From positions 3,616,001-3,680,000 of the forward strand of contig OZ250169.1 in assembly GCA_965237955.1 (NCBI GenBank): DNA of 64,000 nt, read 5' to 3'. The translations under genes were made by a program, and so were the position numbers. Numbering within the stretch: position 1 is the stretch's first letter; every line of letters begins with the position of its first letter. Below the pieces are notes generated by a model. The model saw nothing but the letters and a program-made list of their open reading frames with translations, did not search any database and was not told the DNA's origin. Source of the DNA: Candidatus Marinacidobacterales bacterium. Its GTDB lineage: Bacteria; Acidobacteriota; Vicinamibacteria; Marinacidobacterales; SMYC01. Below are positions 54,838-64,000 of the stretch, in pieces.

Positions 54838-56183
54838 TGTGCATCATCAATATCCGTCCGCTCCTGAAATCAAGGACTTACGCACCGTTCACGCCTCGGC
54901 CAACGAGCGCATCTCCCGCTTGAGATCCCGGTCTTGAGACGGCAAACTCTGCCGCCATGCTCCGTGTCCTCATCTTCCTCGTCTCACTCGGCGCCCGTGC
55001 GATCCGGGCGATGTGTCGGTGCCGAGCCGACCTCGTGATTGAAAACCTGGCCCTGCGGCAGCAAGTTACGGCGTTGAAGAAGGAGCGCCCCCGGCCACCG
55101 CTCGAGGACACGGACCGAGCATTCTGGGTTGCGCTCCGAAGCTCGTGGCCAGCGTGGGCGAGCCGGCTCGTTATCGTGAACGCCGACACGGTCGCCCGGT
55201 GGAATCGAGATCGGTTCCGCCGATACTGGGCTCGGATCTCCCGTCCGCGCTATCCAGGTCGACCTCGGATTGATGCCGAGATTCGTCGTCTCGTCCGCAC
55301 GATGGCGCAAGACGGCTGGGGTGCACCTCGTATCCACGCTGAGCTGACGAAGCTCGGATTCGTTGTCAGCGAGATGACGGTGTCGCGATACATGCCGCGC
55401 CGCCGAGCCGAACCCGACGAAGTGAAGCGATGGATTGCGTTCTTGCGGAACCACAAGGACGACATCGCCGCGATGGATCTGTTCGCCGTACCGACGGCGT
55501 CGCTACGGCTGCTGTACGGCTTCTTCGTCATCGAGCACGGCCGTCGCCATATCTTGCACTTCAACGCGACGTACAACCCCACGTCAGCGTGGGTGATTCA
55601 ACAACTGCGCGAGGCGTTCCCATACGACACGGCACCACGATACTTGGTCTTTGACCGCGACGCGATTTTCAGCCCTGCAGTGGTGGAGTTCATCAGGGCC
55701 ATGGGCACAAAGCCTGTTCGCATTTCTTATCGCAGCCCTTGGCAAAACGGTACCGCCGAACGCTGGATCGGAAACTGCCGCCGCGAGATGTTAGAGCATG
55801 TAGTTGTCCTCAGTGAGCGGCATCTCGTCCGGCTCATGCGCTTGTACATCAGCTACTACCACGAGGACCGTTGCCACTTGGGTCTCGACAAAGACACCCC
55901 GAACTCAAGACCCGTCACGCCCCGACCATCACCGACCGCAAAAGTCGTCGCGTTGCCGCGAGTGGGTGGGCTCCACCACCGCTACGAATGGCGCGACGCC
56001 GCCTGAGCCAGTTTAGTCGCTGCGCGTCGATTGCTGGGGTCCCTCGCGATTGCGTTGTCCAGCTCCGCGGCCCATTGATCGCGTGATCTCGGCAAGTGCC
56101 CGCGCGCGCCGACCCGGGTTTCTTCGTTCGTCGTAGGGCCACCAGCGGTACCATTCCCGCTGGATCAATAATGATGAAGGACA
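54838..56183 (+). mobile_element. Single-ORF rve/DDE insertion sequence, copy 2; transposase 54957-56006
   Basis: Inverted near-identical copy of 24929-26277. Confidence 0.92.
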
Positions 56184-56745
56184 GGTAGTCGGTTAGGTTG
56201 TCGTCGAAGCCGGCGCGGATGTTCCGATAGACCGCTTTCAGTTCAATGAAAACTAGTGGTAGGCCGTTTACGAAGCACACGAGATCAGCGCGCCGGTTGT
56301 AGTGCGGCACGCGCACGCCCTGTATCTTCAACTCGCGCACGGCAAGGAAACGGTTGCTCGCGGCGTCGCGGAAATCGATCACGTGCGCATGTGCGTGCCA
56401 GGTCTTGCCGCTTGCGTCCCGCCACTCCACCGGCACCCCGCCGCGGATGAAGCCGTAGCACTCCCGGTTGTGCTGAATGAGCGACCGAGCGAAGTCGATT
56501 CGGGTGATTCTCTCGATCGCCTGTTCTCGCGCCGATTCCGGAAGACCTGGGTTCAGGTGCGCGAGTGCTGCCCGCAGGTCGCGCACCAGCACCACGTCGC
56601 GCTCCGATGTCCGCCCGAGCATTCCCTTCGACCCGAAGGTCTCGGCGTTGTACGCGTAGAGGCTCTCCCACCCGAGATGATCGCGGAGATGGTGCGCGAA
56701 GGTCTGCTGGACCAGCCGGTCCTCACTGTTGATGTCGGTGATCAT
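56184..56745 (-). pseudogene. hsdR: Type I restriction subunit HsdR, N-terminal fragment
   Basis: SEDRLVQQ...LGW...VIDF...NRFLAV...RRADLVCFVNGLPLVFIELK, then IS. Confidence 0.9.
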
Positions 56746-56761
56746 GGCGTGGGAGCTCCCA

Positions 56762-56833
56762 TCACACGGTGATCTCCCCGCTCATCAGGCGCGGCAGCAA
56801 CAGATCGCGGGCCGCGCGGAGCTTCTTGTTCAT
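56762..56833 (-). other. Duplicated hsdS 3' tail forming mini-ORF MNKKLRAARDLLLPRLMSGEITV
   Basis: Tandem imperfect repeat of the last about 65 bp of hsdS. Confidence 0.85.
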
Positions 56834-58041
56834 TTACGCCGCGATCTCCCCACTCATCAGACGAGGCAGCAACAGATCGCGGGCTGCGCGGAGCTTATGG
56901 TTTTCGATGAACAAGGTGCGTACTAGCTTATCGATTAGACGTACCTTCTCTTCAAATAAAGAAATCAACTGTTCATGTGGCGTCAGCATACGTTGCGCGA
57001 AAATTTCCCTCTTATTCACTGACGCAAAAATCGCGCCGGACCCGATCATATCCTCTTTGAAGAAATGCACTTGCAACTGACGGAGTAGAAAGGATTGCTG
57101 GTCAAATTTACTTCGGATTGCAGCCAGACCGCGTCCGATGACGATCTTGTCGATTGTAACATTTAGCCGACCAACGGGCGCACGAACGCTGCACAGAATA
57201 TCGCCTGGTTCGGAGATTCTATTCTTCGCGGTAGTGAATACACGATGGGTCACAAACCGATTACCGAAATCACCCACGCCCTGATGAAACGGTAGCCCCT
57301 CTCCAACTTCGTTATAAAGCGATGAGGGCGGGCTTTGGCCCATTGTCACGTCTGCCAATTCATCCAGCCGCCGTTTCTCCCACCCCTCCGGCACACCGTT
57401 GGTGATACGGGTGTGCTCGTGGCCGGGGAAGCGCAGGCGGACGAACCATTCGCGATAAAGCTGTCGTTCCGCCTCCTCCAACAGCGCCATCCGACGCCGG
57501 TTGTTCTCGATCAGGTCGTCGTAGGCGGAGAGGATGTCAGCAATGTGCTGCTGGCAGTCGACATCGGGAAGCGTGATCTTGAACTCCCTCAAGATTCCAA
57601 GGTTAATGTGCGGCACACCCGAAGTGAGCGCGTGGTTAACGACTTTCTGGACCGTCGTAGGCAGGCGAAAGAAGTAATAGACGAATCGCGGATCTGCGAT
57701 TCTAGGGTTCACGGTCAACTTCATCTGACTCTGCGAAATGATGTAGCGCTGGAACCGTGACTCGTGAGGTATCAGGCCAACCTGGCCGAGCGTGCCTCGC
57801 TGGGTAAAGACCAAGTCTCCAGGGAACGCGGTATTCGAGCGGAGGTCGTCCGCCTTCTTCTCGGACACGAAAGCGAACTCGTGATCCGAGAAAGAAGTAT
57901 CGGCGGGGAGATTGTTACCTCGAATCACGGGAATTCCTTCATCAACGTAGTCGCGCGTCGTGAGGTTGGATCCGAACGGACCGCCAACGAATGAATAGGG
58001 AAACGGTGCCTTGATGGCGTCTAATGGCATCGTTCGCCAAT

Positions 58042-58045
<4 letters not shown>
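56834..58045 (-). CDS. hsdS: Type I specificity subunit HsdS
   Basis: Two TRDs (GGPFGS..., MGQSP...), central IADILSAYDDLIENNRRR...PEGW, C-terminal RDLLLPRLMSGE. Confidence 0.95.
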
Positions 58046-60165
<2,120 letters not shown>

Positions 60166-60411
60166 GCCGTTCCGGGCTCAGGCCGCTCTTTTCGCCTTGA
60201 TACCGTTCGCGAGGTTCGCCGCATCCGCTTCTTCCGCAATGCCGTTAAACGCCGGAGCCGCCTTCTCAAGTGCCCCTGCGCGAAAACCCTGGATCGCTCG
60301 AACGTAGACCCGCCGAAAATAATGAGCCCAGAACCGAGCGTTTGGAACCATGGACTCATCATACATCGGCCAGCCGACACCCGGTCTTGACAGTCTTTTC
60401 CAACGACAACA

Positions 60412-61496
60412 GGCGTTGTTGCACCGCTCTGGCTGAGAGCGAAATCCGCCTATGGTGGTGGCCGAGGTATGTTCGAGCATGAAGTATCCCAAGCGCTGCC
60501 AGTACAAGCACGCGAAGCAGAAGAAGTACCACGTTCGCAACTGGGCGGAATACAACGAAGGGCTGCGCCGCCGGGGCGATTTGACAGTCTGGTTTGACGA
60601 GGAGGCAATCGCGAACTGGAAGGCCGACAAGACCGGTAAGCCTGGCGGTCAACGGGTCTATTCAGACATGGCGATTGAAACGGGCCTGGTTGTCCGGATG
60701 GTGTACAAGCTCGCCCACCGACAAACCGAAGGCTTCTTGCACTCGATCGCCTCGCTGCTCGGGCTCGGTATCGAGATCCAGGACTACTCGACGTTGTGTC
60801 GGCGCTCGAGGTTGCTCCGCAAGAAGCTGCGGATTCCGAAAGCCGCGAGCACTCAACCCATCCACCTGATGATCGATAGCACGGGCTTGAGGATTCATGT
60901 TGGAAACGCCCGCAAACCGCCAAAGCAGCGCGCATGGCGCAAGTTGCACATCGCCGTTGATCGCGAGACAGGGAACATTGTTGCGTCCGAACTGACGGCG
61001 TCACGAGCTCGCGACGCAACCCGAGTCCCCGCTTTGCTAACACAGATTCAAGCACCTCTAGTGTCGGTGGCGGCGGACAGTGCATACGACAAGGAAGCGG
61101 TCTACGAAGCCATCGAAGCGCACAGTCCTGGACGAAGGACGCGCGTGGTGATTCCGCCGCAACGAAACGCGACGCTCAGTCAGAATTCGAACACCGCCAT
61201 GCAGGAGCGCGATCGCCATATTCGTGCAATCGAAAGACACGGCCGACGTGAATGGTACAAGCTCTCAGGCTACACCAAGCGAAGCATGGTGGAGAACGCG
61301 GTCTATCGTTACAAGGCGATCATCGGGCCGGAGATGCGGGCTCGAACGTTGGCGAGGCAACGAGTTGAACACCGAATTGGGTGCGAGATACTCAACAAGA
61401 TGGCTGCGCTCGGGATGCCCGATACGTACTGCGCCGGGTGACTCTGCAACCGGCACAGGGAGGTCAGCGATTTGCTCCGGGCCGTGCAACAACGCC
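60412..61496 (+). mobile_element. IS5-family element, copy 2; transposase 60479-61441
   Basis: Same TIRs as 16683-17769 and a closely similar protein; has Y in SGYTKR where copy 1 has C. Confidence 0.95.
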
Positions 61497-61859
61497 TCAT
61501 GGATCTGAAGATAACACCCTCGGGCTAGACGATTGTAAAGCGCACGGCCCTTGGCCTCGGCGCAAACACAGACACTAAGCTGTTGATTTATCAGCTATTT
61601 CAAAAGGGCCGAGTTTTGGCACAGGACGCGCACGGCCGGCAGCCCTACCACGCGCTCTCGACCGCCTTCGTCCACAACGTAGCACAAGCGGGCCGCTACC
61701 ACCGGCGCGTCTAGACGCGCTGCTGCCGTCGCCGTTCGCGCGGACCGGCTCGTATATAGTGTCAGGGGCTACACTGAATGCGCCCATGAAGGTCGGCGCG
61801 ATGAAGAACGCTGCCCCTGTGGCATGGAGCGGCCGTCGGAGGCCATTGGAGGACAAGGA

Positions 61860-62939
61860 ATGATCGAACTCGATCGAGACAGGTTCGAGGAACAGTTCCA
61901 AAGGTTCAAGAGCCTGATTCCGATATACAACCACGGCCACGCCTTCACCAACTTCGACGAGGGAGTGGTGGCCGATTGGGAGGGCTACAAGCCCCGGCTG
62001 CGAGACCATGCCCTCGGCATCCTCGTCCCGGACGTCTGGACGGAAGCGGAGATCGGTTCCGGTGCGATCCTGGAACGTACGATCGACGCTATTGAGATAG
62101 CAGACAGCCGGGGCCTGACCAACAATCTGGTCGGCTGGCGAAGCCGTTGGGGTCACGCCAGCCGCGAGCACCGCTTCCTGCTGGACGCCCGCTCGAATGC
62201 TGACCTGCGGCGCGAACTCGAGCGGTGTCTGTATGGCCTCTATCGGGGTGACGCGGACGAAGGCACCACCTTCGGCCATCTGAGCAAGTCGGTCGGTGCC
62301 AAATACCCGTTGCTTGCCTACCTCTATTTCCTGAAGGACATGGACCGGTTCATGCCGATCCGACCCAGGACTTTCGACCGCGCCTTCCACGACTTTGGGA
62401 TTGACCTAGTCACGGAGCGCAACTGCACCTGGGAGAACTTCCAGCGTTTCAACACCGCGCTCGGCGAGGTACGAAAGGCACTGGCAGCGATGGACGGCCT
62501 CACGAAGGTCCGGCTGATCGACGCTCATTCTTTCTGCTGGATGCTCGCAAGGCAACTGAAGGGTGACCGTGAGAAGTCCATCATCGAGATGCGAAAGTCC
62601 GTCGAGAACACCGTCCGGAACGCCAACGAGCAGATCGTCGAGCGAACCGTGAAGAACAAGGAGTTGCACATGACGCAGGCGGAACTGGACGACCTACTCC
62701 GGTCCCGACTAGACCTTCAGCGCAACCGCTGCGCGCTCACCGGTATACCCTTCCTCTTCGCTGGGCAAGACGCGGACGACAACCTGCGGCCCTCGGTTGA
62801 TCGGATCGACAGCAACGGGCACTACGAGGACGACAATCTCCAGATCGTCTGTCGGTTCGTCAACTTCTGGAAGGGCGACAGTGATAACGAGGAGTTTAAG
62901 CGGCTGCTGATGCTCGTGCACCGCTATTCGGCGGGCTGA
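61860..62939 (+). CDS. HNH-type endonuclease with an N-terminal putative DNA-recognition domain
   Basis: C-terminal CALTG...SVDRIDSNGHY...NLQIVCRFVNFWK; N-terminal YPLLAYLYFLKDMDRFMPI. Confidence 0.75.
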   Translation: MIELDRDRFEEQFQRFKSLIPIYNHGHAFTNFDEGVVADWEGYKPRLRDHALGILVPDVWTEAEIGSGAILERTIDAIEIADSRGLTNNLVGWRSRWGHASREHRFLLDARSNADLRRELERCLYGLYRGDADEGTTFGHLSKSVGAKYPLLAYLYFLKDMDRFMPIRPRTFDRAFHDFGIDLVTERNCTWENFQRFNTALGEVRKALAAMDGLTKVRLIDAHSFCWMLARQLKGDREKSIIEMRKSVENTVRNANEQIVERTVKNKELHMTQAELDDLLRSRLDLQRNRCALTGIPFLFAGQDADDNLRPSVDRIDSNGHYEDDNLQIVCRFVNFWKGDSDNEEFKRLLMLVHRYSAG

Positions 62940-63119
62940 TCCGGCTTGACGGCGAATTCGACGGCGCGCAGGTGACCTGACCCCACGGTTAGTACCACGT
63001 TGTATCTCAGTCATTCGGTTCTGACAGAGCGCTGTTATTGCCTTTATCGCCGAGCGCGTCGTGTCCAAAAACACAAACGCACTCCAGACCCGCGCGCCAA
63101 GACGTACGACGATCGCCTG

Positions 63120-63624
63120 CTAGAAGTTGTAGGTAAGGCTCAGATCGAGGAACGTGTCGTTCCGCATCGCGTAGTGGAGATCCGCTTCGTCCACGCTGAG
63201 AAGCACAATCGCTTCCGCACGCACGGACCACGCATTGGAGAGGCGCCGGCCGAATTCGAGCGCCAGCGTGCGCGTGGCGCGGGCCACGTCAGTGAGATAA
63301 CCAGCGGTTATCTCGGTGCTCAGGACATCATTGAAAGCGAGACGCGAGCCGAAGAAAAGGTCGTTCTCGAGCGTGTTAGGCGAACGGCTTGGGGTTGCGT
63401 TGCGGCCTCGCCCGTCGTAGTTCCATTCGCTGATCACGCTGAGATCGACCACCGATCTAGCCACCGAGTAGAATGTGTACTCGCCGCCGAAAACGGTAGC
63501 GAAGTAGTCTCTTCTACTCCCGACAGGTTGCGTGCCCCCGCGCGCTGAATCGCCTCCGGCTTCAAGAGCCAGGAGCCGGTCGTCATCTGGGCGTCCACCC
63601 CGAACTGGCGGATCTGCGCGTAGT
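63120..63624 (-). pseudogene. 3' fragment of an outer-membrane beta-barrel protein (frameshifted, 5'-truncated by a MITE end)
   Basis: Amphipathic strands ending LDLSLTYNF. Confidence 0.6.
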
Positions 63625-63644
63625 CGTCCTGTGCCAAAACTCGC

Positions 63645-63953
63645 TGTGCCTTCTATTTATTCATCCGGGCGCCCCAAACTTGATTAGTCTCCGGTCTGCC
63701 GGCACCATGCCTGCTTGATTTCGTCGTTTGTTCGCGCTCTCATCTCCGCCTTCAAGGCTCGTCGCGAGCTGGCTCTCGACGATGTCGCTCTTCGGCAGCA
63801 GCTCGCCGTCCTCCGCCGTTCGGTGAAACGGCCGCGGCTCTCGAACGTCGACCGCGGGTTTTGGGTAACTGTAGAGCCTAAGGGCCCTTGGCCCAGTCGC
63901 TAAGCTGCTGATTTATGGTCTATTTCAAAAGGGCTGAGTTTTGGCACAGGACG
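63645..63953 (+). mobile_element. About 309-bp hybrid MITE, copy 2
   Basis: Near-identical to 45907-46215. Confidence 0.85.
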
Positions 63954-64000
63954 GGGTGCTCGGTCACTCACTAAAGACGACGAACTGCATCGAGTCCGTC

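Noticed and set aside
24929-56183. Simple inversion between the two inverted rve IS copies
   Set aside because: Swapping flanks does not reconstitute istB, hsdR or the IIG-like gene.

Overview
GC-rich bacterial window that reads as a decaying defence island inside a heavily IS-scrambled chromosome. Positions 1-11.3 kb hold a complete type I-C CRISPR-Cas locus on the minus strand (cas3-cas5-cas8c[+internal cas11]-cas7-cas4-cas1-cas2) and a 50-repeat array that runs to the left edge. Next is the 3' half of a BREX type 3-like operon (helicase fragment, pglZ, brxA-like) cut by IS5. The rest alternates single intact genes (protoglobin, lgt, selO, rlpA, DUF4062-NACHT NTPase, FRG, DUF2806, hsdM/hsdS, HNH nuclease) with dense clusters of IS3, IS5, IS21, IS256, IS1380, IS1-like and IS1111 pieces. 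Threaded through it is a network of about 30 ends and MITEs belonging to a single-ORF rve/DDE transposase family with TGT...ACA ends. Most notable: (i) these ends recombine in mix-and-match fashion, bracket cargo genes and join two gene halves in frame; (ii) an 881-nt group II intron whose RT has collapsed to three short patches sits antisense in IS21 istA; (iii) an IS1111-type element is inserted 20 bp inside an IS1-like terminal repeat, with the empty site also in the window; (iv) hsdS has a duplicated 3' tail; (v) a tandem CTAG-flanked MITE interrupts a serine recombinase. All family assignments come from motif recognition by eye; no database searches were run.
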